Source: Desulfurococcales archaeon (lineage in GTDB: Archaea > Thermoproteota > Thermoprotei_A > Sulfolobales > NBVN01). Taken from it: 37,079 bases of DNA. Both the position numbers and the translations under genes were made by a program. The stretch lies in NCBI GenBank assembly GCA_021160415.1, contig JAGHCP010000086.1:1-37079 (forward strand), given 5' to 3'. Positions 8,489 to 17,914 of the stretch are shown piece after piece; position 1 is the stretch's first letter, and each line of letters starts with the position of its first letter. The notes under the pieces were generated by a model that saw only the letters and a program-made list of their open reading frames with translations, was not told the origin of the DNA and did not search any database.

Positions 8489-9495
8489 GGATAGATATAC
8501 CTCCCCATACTCCCCTCCAAAACCATAAACGCTTCTCCAGGGGTTAACACGGGTTTATGGTAATCTGAGAGATCGTCAATCGGTAGTCTCGGGCAGGAAG
8601 TCACTATGAAGGCGTCCACGTAAGGGTTATCTAAGTTACCTAAGGCCTCCTTAGTTACGTAGGGGGCTTCAGCTACTGTGTATTTGAGCCTTTTACTCTG
8701 GATGAGGGATTTTAGCCTGTTTATTACCGCGGGCCTGAACTGACCGCATATGCCTGCGATAATGACGAAAGAACTCATGTCCTCAGCCTTCATCAGCAGG
8801 TAGTATCTCTTTCTCAGGATTTTCTCTATGTAGGGATTCATAAAACTGTAGCTATTGGTGTAGGGATCGAGTGCGTAAATCTTCCCAGTGCCTCCCAATG
8901 CTAAACCGGCACCGAGGGCGTGGAACTCACCCCCAGCAACAATGATGTATGCTTCAGCCCCTTGCAGAGAAGGTAGGTCTGAGTACCAACAACCGAAAAT
9001 GACTGCACGTGACGCATCGTTTGCGACATCAATCCCCTCTCTTTTGAAAGCCTCGGCGATTTTCCCAATATCGTGCTGCGCCGTGCCGTAGATCCCCACC
9101 CTCTTGACGCCTTCCTCCACCAACTCACGGACTAAATCTTGGATGGTTTGACTTGTTGGCATTCCCTTGTATTGGAGATCAATCAACACGACGTTTTGCG
9201 GGGGGCTCCAATAGGGGTACTCTTTATGGCCGAAATGTAGTACTAGGTCATGCCTTGATGTTAACGTGAGGTCCATGAGGCATGACCCGTAAATGGGGGA
9301 GGCGTCGATGTGGAATTCAATGTTATGAAGCCCTAAGCCCTCAGAGATATTCTCAAGCTTCTCAAGTAAGGTGGGGTAGAAATGTTTCAGCCCTTCAGGG
9401 AGCTGAACCAACACTTTCTTGGGGCGGTGTTTCAGGAAAGCTTGAGAAATAACTTCCTCATCGAAATTGTAGTAATCACTTATGGACTCAGGCAT
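8482..9495 (-). CDS. dph2: Diphthamide biosynthesis enzyme Dph2 (2-(3-amino-3-carboxypropyl)histidine synthase)
   Basis: 337 aa with three-domain Dph2-like repeats carrying conserved Cys (YGSCLMD, FGCWYS, VTSCPRLPIDD). Confidence 0.8.
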   Translation of the reverse strand: MPESISDYYNFDEEVISQAFLKHRPKKVLVQLPEGLKHFYPTLLEKLENISEGLGLHNIEFHIDASPIYGSCLMDLTLTSRHDLVLHFGHKEYPYWSPPQNVVLIDLQYKGMPTSQTIQDLVRELVEEGVKRVGIYGTAQHDIGKIAEAFKREGIDVANDASRAVIFGCWYSDLPSLQGAEAYIIVAGGEFHALGAGLALGGTGKIYALDPYTNSYSFMNPYIEKILRKRYYLLMKAEDMSSFVIIAGICGQFRPAVINRLKSLIQSKRLKYTVAEAPYVTKEALGNLDNPYVDAFIVTSCPRLPIDDLSDYHKPVLTPGEAFMVLEGSMGRYIYPW

Positions 9496-10001
9496 TACTT
9501 TAGTTCCCTTATGACTACCCTAGTTTTAACTCCAAGCTTGTCCTTGAGCCTCCTCAAGGCTTCCTTCGCCTGAGGTATAGCTTCCTTCGGAACTCTGACT
9601 TCAGCTATTGCGCTGCCCGGTCTTAACCTAGCGGCCGTACCTATGGGTTTCCCGAATGCTTGCCTCATACCATCCTGGAGCCTGTCAGCCCCTGCGAAAG
9701 CCATCATCTTATTCTCTCTTAGGACGTGGTGTGGGTATTGCCGTATTATGAGCAGGTACTTATCCTCACCCACGTATTTCGAAAGATACTTGTTGGCCAT
9801 CACACGTCCAGCTTCTAGAGCATTATGCCTCACTTGCGCATATTCCAGGGAAATTAGCTCCACAGCAACGTCGAAGTTACCTTCAGTGTTACCCATCACG
9901 AACTTCGTTATCTTAGGCTGCGGAATGCCGTCTATGTATTCCTTCCTAGTATAGGGAGGTTTGTTCAGGTCCTTATAGCATCTGGCAGGCCTTAGAGGCA
10001 T
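9495..10001 (-). CDS. rpl10e: 50S ribosomal protein L10e (uL16)
   Basis: N-terminus [19 protein letters not shown] is diagnostic for L10e. 168 aa. Confidence 0.95.
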   Translation of the reverse strand: MPLRPARCYKDLNKPPYTRKEYIDGIPQPKITKFVMGNTEGNFDVAVELISLEYAQVRHNALEAGRVMANKYLSKYVGEDKYLLIIRQYPHHVLRENKMMAFAGADRLQDGMRQAFGKPIGTAARLRPGSAIAEVRVPKEAIPQAKEALRRLKDKLGVKTRVVIRELK

Positions 10002-10025
10002 TCAACACACCTACGACTTAGTGAC

Positions 10026-10733
10026 TCACGGATTTTTAAGGCTTTTAGAATGCGACTTAAGCAACACAGCATGAACTTCCTTCAGGAACTTGTAGATCGC
10101 TCCACATTCAGGCTGCCTTAGACCCCCTCGGAAGATTAGATGCTTAAGGGCGATTACCTCTCTTTCATCCCTAACTAGCTCTGCGAGTGAGGCTAGGAGT
10201 TTTCTTATTGCTTCGAGGGTATGGGGGTTGCAGGGCTTCGTAATGTTTTCGCCCGGCATCCTTCTAAATACGTAGAGGTAGATTGCGACGGCGTGCGAGA
10301 GGTTCATAACATTGTAGTCATCTCCTGTACTTAGTGAGGAGATGACGTCACACTGCTTAAGTTCCTCCCTTGTTAACCCAACGCTCTCCCTTCCGAAAAC
10401 CAGCGCTATGTCTTCGTAGTCATCAGCGATGGACCTTAACACCGACGGTTGAACCCCTTGCCTCAGCACATCCTTCTCAGAATGCCCTTTGGATGTGGTG
10501 CATACGGTGAGGGATGCACCCTTTAAGCAAGCCTTAAGGTTTCTTTCCACCCTAACCTTACTTAAGTAGTCCGACGCCTTAGCGGAGAACTCAGCAACTT
10601 CAGGGTCATCTATAGGGAACTTAGGATTCACAACGCAGAGATCGTCCACTGCGAAGTTCTTGGCTAACCTGATTATGAAACCCATGTTTATTTTTCCTTC
10701 AGGTTCGACAATTACTACCCTAACCCTCCTCAA
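10026..10733 (-). CDS. SpoU/TrmH-family RNA 2'-O-methyltransferase (TrmJ-like)
   Basis: SPOUT motifs VVIVEPEG..NMGFIIRLAKNF, LVFGRESVGLTREEL and NLSHAVAIYLY. Confidence 0.75.
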   Translation of the reverse strand: MRRVRVVIVEPEGKINMGFIIRLAKNFAVDDLCVVNPKFPIDDPEVAEFSAKASDYLSKVRVERNLKACLKGASLTVCTTSKGHSEKDVLRQGVQPSVLRSIADDYEDIALVFGRESVGLTREELKQCDVISSLSTGDDYNVMNLSHAVAIYLYVFRRMPGENITKPCNPHTLEAIRKLLASLAELVRDEREVIALKHLIFRGGLRQPECGAIYKFLKEVHAVLLKSHSKSLKNP

Positions 10734-11406
10734 ATCCTTCCTCCCGCTTGAGCATCCTGTAAATCCTGTGAAGGTAACCTAGTACGATAGCGTTCTCAAC
10801 CCCGGGAGGGGGGTCAAGGAACAGGTAATATCTTTCCTCACCTTTCAGTTCGCTAATTATTCTCTGAGTTAAGACCTCAACAGGGTCTTGAATCTTACAC
10901 CTCTTCCTCAAGTCTTCAAGACTTGCAAAGGGTTTCTTCTTCCTTTCCTCAAGGATGACCCACATTGTTTTCTTACCTATGGTGGGGAGAAGCTCAAGAC
11001 TGTGTAGCTTAATCGTTAGGGGGGCAGCTACGTTGAAGAAAGTCACGAAGACCTTCTCCTTCTCCAGTATTACCTTCCTGACAGCTTCAGGTAGAAACGA
11101 CTTCGCAACCCCGGTTAGGTCATCATATATAAGGGGTTCCCCCCACACGAATTCTACCTTATCCCTGAGCTCCTTATGGTGAAAGCCAACATACACCTTC
11201 TCTCCCTGGCTTAAGGTCACCCCGGCCTTCGGGTAAAACTCCAGCAACGTGAAGTACTTGTCACCCAACGCTTGGGCTATCGGCCTAGAACGGTGTGAGG
11301 GATGATGTCTGTCCACGGGATTTCCTTGGGGCATGTAGTCCAGAATTATTGCATATTCCTCCCTAGCTACTCTCCTATCCTCCCGTCTACCTCTATGCTT
11401 ATCCAT
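10720..11406 (-). CDS. DUF655-family putative RNA/nucleotide-binding protein
   Basis: EEYAIILDYMPQGNP..PIAQALGDKYFTLLEF matches the DUF655 N-terminal OB-like pattern. A helix-hairpin-helix-like C-terminus follows. Conserved position next to rpoF. Confidence 0.65.
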   Translation of the reverse strand: MDKHRGRREDRRVAREEYAIILDYMPQGNPVDRHHPSHRSRPIAQALGDKYFTLLEFYPKAGVTLSQGEKVYVGFHHKELRDKVEFVWGEPLIYDDLTGVAKSFLPEAVRKVILEKEKVFVTFFNVAAPLTIKLHSLELLPTIGKKTMWVILEERKKKPFASLEDLRKRCKIQDPVEVLTQRIISELKGEERYYLFLDPPPGVENAIVLGYLHRIYRMLKREEGFEEG

Positions 11407-11435
11407 AATTGGATGACCTCCTGCAAAATTCCCCT

Positions 11436-11756
11436 TCAGCAGTGCTGAGAGACCTTCTGAAGAATCTCCTCGATTTTCTCGTGTGGGAGATCCTCAGCTT
11501 CGAAGTTCAGGAGAGCTTTAACCTCATCCTCGTTTTTAGGGACTATATTAGCGATCATCACAGCGGTTATTTCCTTTAGTCCCATCTCACTTAAATCTTT
11601 GAGGAGATTCTCCCAATCATTGCACTTGCTGAATTTCTTCACGTATTCATTCACTCTTAGCGCTAACTGATCTAGCTCATATCCCCGCCCTCGGATGTCG
11701 TCCAGTATCTTAGATACTTCAGAGTAAGTTAAGTTACGTGTATGAAGAATCTTCAT
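11436..11756 (-). CDS. rpoF: DNA-directed RNA polymerase subunit F (Rpo4)
   Basis: 106 aa helical protein (LTYSEVSKILDD..., ITAVMIANIVPKNEDEVKALL) with the Rpo4/Rpb4 pattern. Conserved L21e-rpoF-DUF655 gene order. Confidence 0.7.
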   Translation of the reverse strand: MKILHTRNLTYSEVSKILDDIRGRGYELDQLALRVNEYVKKFSKCNDWENLLKDLSEMGLKEITAVMIANIVPKNEDEVKALLNFEAEDLPHEKIEEILQKVSQHC

Positions 11757-11765
11757 TTTTAATCA

Positions 11766-12074
11766 TCACGCAGGGGCTGGCCTTATGTGTTCAGGGTAAA
11801 GGATTAGTTCCTTCCTCTTATTTCCGAGGAACACCTCAACTATGTAGGCCCTTCCCCTCTTACCTATAACTTTCCCGACCTTCCCGATGTATCTCCTGTG
11901 GGGGAGCGTGTTGTGGATGGCGGGGTTCGGCTTGATGTACACTTTATCGCCGACGCTGTACTCATGCATAACGAGGCTCAGAGGCGGTACGGCCCCTTTC
12001 TCCCTCACATGCTTCCGCAGTATTTTCCTAGTTCTGTGCCTCGGGCCCTGTGAAGCCTTAACCACTTCCCGCAC
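11766..12074 (-). CDS. rpl21e: 50S ribosomal protein L21e
   Basis: SQGPRHRTRKILRK..GDKVYIKPNPAIH..PHRRYIGKVGKV are typical eL21 signatures. The start may be a few codons downstream of the ORF-track GTG. Confidence 0.9.
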   Translation of the reverse strand: MREVVKASQGPRHRTRKILRKHVREKGAVPPLSLVMHEYSVGDKVYIKPNPAIHNTLPHRRYIGKVGKVIGKRGRAYIVEVFLGNKRKELILYPEHIRPAPA

Positions 12075-12118
12075 CTAAGGTTTTAGGTTGTGGTTTCCTT
12101 ATAAACATTTAATAGTGC

Positions 12119-13432
12119 CTAAGCTCCTGCTGAAACACCTTCATGTTTAAGAACATCTAGAAATATTACCTGGAAAGATTTGCCAGTAACCTCGCTGAAT
12201 GAGGGCTTAGTTCTGCCGCCGTCGCCGCTCACTAATTCCTTAACGTATAGCCCGCCATCGCAGTATATCAAGAACTCAACGACATGGGGAGTTAGTAAAG
12301 CCCCCTTAACTCCGTACACCTTACGTATCCTCACAATGTCTTTCCTCCTTCTAAGGACTCGTGAGGGAGTTCTCTGAGTGATTTCAGCATCCTTGAAAAC
12401 TTCCTCTATTGCTTCAACGTCATCTTCAGTAACTTCTTGATTTGAGTATGTAATTGCTCTATACACCTTGCGGGAAGGTGTAGATTTAACTCTCTCAACC
12501 GTTTCCGGAGGCACGTACTGCGTTAGTTTCAGAACGACCCATGGGGGAGAGCTGCCTGCAGTACTGAGTTTCCTGAGATCCACTGACCTTTTCCTAGGCT
12601 TCTTCACTTCCACGACGAGAGGTCTACCTCCCCCCAGCATTCTGGCATCAGCGTCTTCCCTCCCTGACGCATGGAAGACGACGTCCTCACCCTCGATTGG
12701 TTTAACGATTTTCCTAACGGATTCCTCCACTGAGAAAGTGTAGTTCCTACCTTCCTTACCTATCCATTTCATCTGCGTGATATATCTCCCGAGCTTCAAG
12801 TAACTACCCAAGATATGCAGGGGGAGGGGCTCTGCAGTAGCCTGCTCTTCGTTGAGGTCAATCAATATCAGGATATCGGGGTTTCGGAAGCTCGGTTTCA
12901 TGCCTGTGAAGCTCTGAATCCTTTTCCCTACCTCCCTCTTGATTTCTCTCCTGATGGATTCCCAGGAAGTTAAGCTATGTGTTAAGGCCACGCTATTCTC
13001 GACTTCTTCATATTTTGATCCTTTCTTCACGCCTACCAAGAAAGTTCTGCCCTCCACAGACCCCAGCTGCTTAATGGCTTGCACTGTTAGTTTGCCTATA
13101 AGGTCCTGCAGTTTATTACCGCAGATGAAGCAGCGTTTAACGGTGACTTCCCCTACGTACCTTCTCGCCAACTCAAGGAAGGGCCCCCCGCCGTTTCTCG
13201 CAAGGATCTCAAGATCTTCTAAGGCTTTCCTATCCCCTGAAAGTATGCGTGAGTGTATGTTCATCGAAATCACTGTTTTAAGCGCTCTCCCTCTCTCAGC
13301 GTTACTTATTCCGAGACCGTAGGTCGCGAAGAGCCTCCCTAAGCACGTATCGCATAAAGCATAACGCTTCAGTATTTCCTTCGCCTTATCAATTATGTCA
13401 TGAGGTACTCCTTTTCCCTTACCCGAAGACAT
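12119..13432 (-). CDS. pus10: tRNA pseudouridine(54/55) synthase Pus10
   Basis: N-terminal Zn module CDTCLGR..CFICGN, a THUMP-like middle, and the catalytic motif SGREDADARMLGGGRP. Confidence 0.85.
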   Translation of the reverse strand: MSSGKGKGVPHDIIDKAKEILKRYALCDTCLGRLFATYGLGISNAERGRALKTVISMNIHSRILSGDRKALEDLEILARNGGGPFLELARRYVGEVTVKRCFICGNKLQDLIGKLTVQAIKQLGSVEGRTFLVGVKKGSKYEEVENSVALTHSLTSWESIRREIKREVGKRIQSFTGMKPSFRNPDILILIDLNEEQATAEPLPLHILGSYLKLGRYITQMKWIGKEGRNYTFSVEESVRKIVKPIEGEDVVFHASGREDADARMLGGGRPLVVEVKKPRKRSVDLRKLSTAGSSPPWVVLKLTQYVPPETVERVKSTPSRKVYRAITYSNQEVTEDDVEAIEEVFKDAEITQRTPSRVLRRRKDIVRIRKVYGVKGALLTPHVVEFLIYCDGGLYVKELVSGDGGRTKPSFSEVTGKSFQVIFLDVLKHEGVSAGA

Positions 13433-14774
13433 TCCCTACACCGAGTCGCCTGAATATTCCTTTCCTTCTCTTCACTGTTTTAAGCATCTTCTTAGTTGCT
13501 TCGTAGTAGTTAAGGAGTTCCTTAACGTCTTCAGGGGATGTGCCGGAACCCAGGGCTATTCTCCTAATCCTACTTCTGTCAATTATGTGTGGATTATCTA
13601 ATTCGGAATAAGTCATCGACTCCATGATGTGTAGCCATTTATCCATTTTCTCCTCGGATAGATGTAGCTTGTCGTCGTCTATAGGCATCATTGAGAGACC
13701 CGGTATCATTTGGAGTACCTTCCTTAGAGGACCTAGCTTCTTGAGGGACTTTATTTGGGCGTAGAGGTCTCGCAGAGTGAGTCTACCAGTGAGTATGGCT
13801 TTCTCCCACCTTCTTTCGAGCTCCTCACTCTCCTCTAAGGCTTTGAATTTATCCAGAAGTGTTTCAAGGTCACCTAAGCCCAGAAGTCTTGAAACAAACT
13901 TTCGAGGGTTGAAGGGCTCAAGATCCTCAAGCTTCTCCCCGTCGCCCACGAATTTTATCCTTGCACCAGTAGCAGCTACTGCGGATATCGCGCCCCCTCC
14001 CTTAGCGGTTCCGTCAAGTTTCGTAATAGTTATTGATCCTATCGGGGTTCTCTCATGGAATCTTTTGGCGAGGTCGTAGGCTTTCTGCCCTATGTAGGCG
14101 TCTATGACGAGCATCACTTCATCTGGCTTTATGGCATTGCCTAACTCCTCCATCTCTTTAAGCAGGTATTCCTCCTCCCCATATCCGTGTCTCCCTGCTG
14201 TGTCGACGATTATGATGTTGGCTCCCTCCTTGAGGAGGTGCTTAAGCCCGTTAGAAGCTATTCTCACAGGGTCTTTACTGTCTCTCTCGCCGTAGAACGG
14301 AACTCCAAGCTGCTCAGAGATCTGTTTGAGCTGGTCGTATGCCGCAGGCCTGTAGGTGTCGGTGGTAATTAAGCCTGGGCGATATCCCCGCCTCTTGTAG
14401 AAGTACGCTATTTTGCCTGCCGTTGTCGTTTTCCCTGATCCTTGAATACCTACAAGCATCAAGATCCAGGGGAGCTTTCTCGGCGTTACTTCAGGCGCTT
14501 CTCCGCCGAAGAGCTGTACGAGGCTGTCGTAAACGATCTTTACGAACCATTCCCTCTTAAGAATGCCTGGGGGTGGTTCCGTTTCAAGCGCTTTTTCCTT
14601 AATTTCCTTTGTAAGGTTAAGGACAACCCTCACGTTAACGTCGGCCGATATCAGCGTTTTCTGCAGTTCCTTACTGAAGGAATTAACGGCTTCTTCGTAA
14701 CTCCCCCCACCCTTAATGAAGGACGCTACTGCGTACTTCAGTTTATCTAAGCCTCTCATCAGGTTCCCTAACAA
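13419..14774 (-). CDS. srp54: Signal recognition particle protein SRP54
   Basis: NG domain with GIQGSGKTTTAGK, DTAGRH and TKLDGTAKGG, plus a Met-rich M domain (IPGLSMMP). 451 aa. Confidence 0.95.
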   Translation of the reverse strand: MLGNLMRGLDKLKYAVASFIKGGGSYEEAVNSFSKELQKTLISADVNVRVVLNLTKEIKEKALETEPPPGILKREWFVKIVYDSLVQLFGGEAPEVTPRKLPWILMLVGIQGSGKTTTAGKIAYFYKRRGYRPGLITTDTYRPAAYDQLKQISEQLGVPFYGERDSKDPVRIASNGLKHLLKEGANIIIVDTAGRHGYGEEEYLLKEMEELGNAIKPDEVMLVIDAYIGQKAYDLAKRFHERTPIGSITITKLDGTAKGGGAISAVAATGARIKFVGDGEKLEDLEPFNPRKFVSRLLGLGDLETLLDKFKALEESEELERRWEKAILTGRLTLRDLYAQIKSLKKLGPLRKVLQMIPGLSMMPIDDDKLHLSEEKMDKWLHIMESMTYSELDNPHIIDRSRIRRIALGSGTSPEDVKELLNYYEATKKMLKTVKRRKGIFRRLGVGNVFG

Positions 14775-14809
14775 CTAGTTGGGTTCTTGAAGGTAAAATA
14801 TGTGAGGTG

Positions 14810-15223
14810 TTAGGCGGTCTTTAAAACCCGCATTATTTTCCTTTGACCCATAACTTCCCAGTACTCGACTTCAGCGCCCGGCTGAAGCTTTGATCTTAGG
14901 TCCTCTTCGGAGGGCATCTCAACCTCTAAAGTTTCATAGGTTTCCAAATCCATGAGTTGGAGAGTGTCTCCAGTTACCGCTATGACCTGCCCTGTCCTTT
15001 TATTTATTATTGGTACCTCGACCCTTTGACTTACCGGGGCTACTAATGTCTTCTTATTCCCTGTGAAGATACCTATAGCCACTACGTGGGCTTTCGCGCT
15101 ACCGTGTTTCCCTGTCTTAGCTTTGCTTATCTCAACAATTCTGCAAGGCTCTCCATCGATTACTATGAAGTTCCCCGTCTTGAGGCTGCCTAGCTCAGCA
15201 TACATAGTACTCACGTATGACAC
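14810..15223 (-). CDS. eif5a: Translation initiation factor 5A (aIF5A)
   Basis: Hypusination loop [16 protein letters not shown]. 137 aa. Confidence 0.95.
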   Translation of the reverse strand: MSYVSTMYAELGSLKTGNFIVIDGEPCRIVEISKAKTGKHGSAKAHVVAIGIFTGNKKTLVAPVSQRVEVPIINKRTGQVIAVTGDTLQLMDLETYETLEVEMPSEEDLRSKLQPGAEVEYWEVMGQRKIMRVLKTA

Positions 15224-15247
15224 CTCCGGTTTAGCTTCAGGCGTGGG

Positions 15248-15255
15248 TATTTAAA
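15248..15255 (-). promoter_or_regulatory. TATA-box-like element (TTTAAATA on the minus strand) upstream of aIF5A
   Basis: Centred about 28 nt upstream of the aIF5A ATG (15223), consistent with a leaderless or near-leaderless archaeal transcript. Confidence 0.4.
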
Positions 15256-15274
15256 TCATACCCGACGTGATGGG

Positions 15275-15366
15275 TGGCGCCGCGGCCGGGATTTGAACCC
15301 GGGTCACGGGCTTTCTGCGTGGGCCTCGACAGGCCCGCATACTGGGCCGGGCTATACTACCGCGGC
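15275..15366 (-). tRNA. tRNA-Asp (anticodon GUC) with a 14-nt intron, CCA encoded
   Basis: Reverse complement reads GCCGCGG-TA-..-CGGGC-CTGTCG[intron]A-GCCCG-TGAC-CCGGG-TTCAAAT-CCCGG-CCGCGGC-G-CCA. Anticodon GTC lies at 15328..15330 (minus strand). Confidence 0.85.
15313..15326 (-). other. tRNA-Asp intron (14 nt, AGGCCCACGCAGAA), consistent with canonical 37/38 placement
   Basis: A bulge-helix-bulge can be drawn: central 4-bp helix CUGU/GCAG flanked by 3-nt bulges CGA and AAA. Removal restores the 7-nt loop CUGUCGA and the stem CGGGC/GCCCG. Confidence 0.65.
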
Positions 15367-15518
15367 ACCAAGAAGGGATAAGAGTTAGGGTTAATTAGGT
15401 TTTCCTTTCACTCCTCTCAAGCAAAGTTAACTCAGATAGGCAAAGAACCAGGGGGAGCTGTGGTTGGTGAAGTAAGCATTAATTACCTGAGTTCCCCCCA
15501 TTGCTTAAGGGTTGAGGA

Positions 15519-16970
15519 ATGGGTAACATTTACCGGGACTTAGGTAAGGAATTCACGGTGTGGTTTGATTGGGTGTTGAGTGAGGCGGAGATTTATGATT
15601 ACGGCAGGTATCCCGCTAAGGGGATGGGAGTTTGGCTACCGTACGGGTTCAAACTAAGGAAGCATGTTTTGAGCTTGATGCGCGAGCTCCTCGACTCTAC
15701 GGGACATGAAGAGATACTTCTCCCTCTCCTCATCCCAGAAACCATACTGGCTAAGGAATCTGAACATGTTAGGGGTTTTGAAGCCCAAGTGTATTGGGTC
15801 ACTCATGGAGGTCTTGAGCCTCTCGACGTAAAGCTCGCTTTAAGGCCCACTAGCGAAACCTCACTCACCTACATGGAGTCCCTGTGGATTAAGAGCTACA
15901 AGCAACTCCCCAAGAAGTACTACCAAGTTGTAAGCATTTTCAGATACGAAACGAGTGCCACTAGAGCGATGCTTAGGGTTCGGGAGGTCTCGATGTTTAA
16001 GGAGGCCCATACGGTGCATGCAGATTTTTCTGATTCGGAGAGGCAGGTTAAGGAAGCGCTTGAGATTTACAGGAGGTTCTTCGACCAGTTAGGCATCCCT
16101 TACATGGTTTCGAAGAGGCCTGAATGGGACAAATTCGCTGGAGCAATATACACAATAGCTTTCGATACGTTGATGCCTGACGGTAGGGTGCTCCAGATAG
16201 GGACTGTTCATAACTTAGGGCAGAACTTCACGAAGGCCTTTGAGGTGAGGATCCAGAAGAAGGATCAGAGCATCGATTACGCTTGGCAAACGTCGTACGG
16301 AATCTCTGAGAGAGTCATAGCCACCTTATTAGGTGTTCATGGGGATAAGAAGGGCTTGGTGCTGCCCTTCAACGTAGCTCCAGTTCAGATAGTCATAATA
16401 CCCATTCCGGCTGGTAATGCAGAAATGAAGGAAAGGGTGGTGAGGCAAGCGTCAGAGCTGGAAAGGTTGCTGAAGGAAGTCGGTTTCAGAGCGCAAGCTG
16501 ATCTTAGGGAGGACATAACCCCTGGAGAGAAGTTTAATGTGTGGGATCTGAAGGGCGCACCGCTGAGGTTGGACCTAGGGCCTAGGGAGGTGCAGGGAGG
16601 TTACGTGACTCTCTACAGGCGTGACACAGGGCAGAAAATGCGTGTGTCGGTTGATGAGCTACCTGAGAAAATTACTCAGGTGGGGAGAGAGGTTAACGAC
16701 ACATTGAGAGAGAGGGCGTGGAAGGCTTTCAAGTCAAGGATTCTGAGAACTGAGGATTTAGAGGAGGCCAAGAACCATTTGGTTGAGGGAGGGGTGGTTG
16801 AGATTCCTTGGTGCGGGAAACCAGCCTGCGCGGAGAGGGTTGCTGAAATCTTAGGTGCTGAGGCCTTAGGAACTCCTTTAGATGAGGAGGTCGATGCTGG
16901 TAGCGAGTTGAAGTGCCCTATATGTGGGGGTCGTGCCTACACATACATGAGGTACGCAAGGAAGTACTGA
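15519..16970 (+). CDS. proS: Prolyl-tRNA synthetase (archaeal/eukaryotic type)
   Basis: 483 aa with class II motifs ([32 protein letters not shown]). The C-terminal Zn-binding domain ends in Tyr (CGKPAC..CPICGG...RKY). Confidence 0.95.
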   Translation: MGNIYRDLGKEFTVWFDWVLSEAEIYDYGRYPAKGMGVWLPYGFKLRKHVLSLMRELLDSTGHEEILLPLLIPETILAKESEHVRGFEAQVYWVTHGGLEPLDVKLALRPTSETSLTYMESLWIKSYKQLPKKYYQVVSIFRYETSATRAMLRVREVSMFKEAHTVHADFSDSERQVKEALEIYRRFFDQLGIPYMVSKRPEWDKFAGAIYTIAFDTLMPDGRVLQIGTVHNLGQNFTKAFEVRIQKKDQSIDYAWQTSYGISERVIATLLGVHGDKKGLVLPFNVAPVQIVIIPIPAGNAEMKERVVRQASELERLLKEVGFRAQADLREDITPGEKFNVWDLKGAPLRLDLGPREVQGGYVTLYRRDTGQKMRVSVDELPEKITQVGREVNDTLRERAWKAFKSRILRTEDLEEAKNHLVEGGVVEIPWCGKPACAERVAEILGAEALGTPLDEEVDAGSELKCPICGGRAYTYMRYARKY

Positions 16971-17048
16971 CGCCGTATCTTTATAACTCCTGACTCCACA
17001 GAATAAAGGTTAAAAACCTATACTACACGCAGGTTCAGGTGTTTCGAT

Positions 17049-17336
17049 ATGCCTAAGAAGAGGGAGAATCGTGGCAGGCATAAAGGCGGTAAAGGATCCG
17101 TGAGGATGATTCAGTGTGACAGCTGCGGCCGCCTTGTCCCTGAGGATAAGGCGATATGTATTACGAGGTGGTACTCGCCTGTAGATCCCCAGCTAGCCGC
17201 TGAACTAGAGAAGAAGGGGGCTATTATAGCGAGGTACCCGGTGAGGAAGTGCTACTGCGTCAGCTGTGCTGTGTCTTTAGGAATAGTTAAGGTGAGGTCT
17301 GAGGAGGAACGTAAGGGGATCGTCGGTAGGAGGTAA
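17049..17336 (+). CDS. rps26e: 30S ribosomal protein S26e
   Basis: MPKKRENRGRHKGGKG..IQCDSCGRLVPEDKAI...YCVSCAV matches eS26. This protein is restricted to Crenarchaeota among archaea. Confidence 0.9.
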   Translation: MPKKRENRGRHKGGKGSVRMIQCDSCGRLVPEDKAICITRWYSPVDPQLAAELEKKGAIIARYPVRKCYCVSCAVSLGIVKVRSEEERKGIVGRR

Positions 17337-17382
17337 AGTATAAAGGTTTAGTGGGTGGGATAATACCTCAGAGGGAGAAGCC

Positions 17383-17670
17383 GTGAAGATCCCTAAGCGT
17401 ATAAGGACCTACTGCCCGAGGTGCGGGACTCACACAATCCACACAGTAGTTATTTACAAGTCCGGGAAGAGGAGGGCCTTAGCTGAGGGTCAGAGAAGAT
17501 ATGAAAGGAAGAACAAAGGATATGGCAGTAAGAGGAAGCCCGAGCAGAAAAGGTTCGCCAAAGTCACAAAGAAGGTGGTGCTTAAGCTTAAGTGCACTCA
17601 ATGCGGATATATATCGCACAGGAGAGGTATCAGGTTGAAGAAGGCTGAGCTGGTTGAGGTGATTAGGTAA
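17383..17670 (+). CDS. rpl44e: 50S ribosomal protein L44e (eL42)
   Basis: [27 protein letters not shown]...LKCTQCGY, the eL42 Zn-ribbon pattern. GTG start. Confidence 0.9.
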   Translation: MKIPKRIRTYCPRCGTHTIHTVVIYKSGKRRALAEGQRRYERKNKGYGSKRKPEQKRFAKVTKKVVLKLKCTQCGYISHRRGIRLKKAELVEVIR

Positions 17671-17867
17671 TGAAGAAGAGGAAGATCCTTATACCCATGC
17701 CTAAGTCGAGGTTCATTAAGGTTAGATGCCCTTCCTGCGGGAATGAGCAAGTAATATTTGACCATGCAACCTTCCCTGTGAGATGTTTGGTGTGCGGGAC
17801 ATTACTGGTTAAGCCTACAGGTGGGAAAGCCAAGGTTCTTGGCGAGGTAGTGAAGATTCTGGGTTAA
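17670..17867 (+). CDS. rps27e: 30S ribosomal protein S27e
   Basis: [37 protein letters not shown]. The start overlaps the L44e stop by 1 nt. Confidence 0.9.
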   Translation: MKKRKILIPMPKSRFIKVRCPSCGNEQVIFDHATFPVRCLVCGTLLVKPTGGKAKVLGEVVKILG

Positions 17868-17914
17868 CCCATAACCCTATTTTCTTCGTTGTAATCTACC
17901 TGAGGCGATCAGAT

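Noticed and set aside
15313-15326. Apparent non-canonical (38/39) intron positions in tRNA-Asp and tRNA-Leu (28094..28115)
   Set aside because: My first parse placed both introns after position 38. Modelling the bulge-helix-bulge shows that both are compatible with the canonical 37/38 site, because the flanking bases are repeated. There is no evidence for unusual positions.
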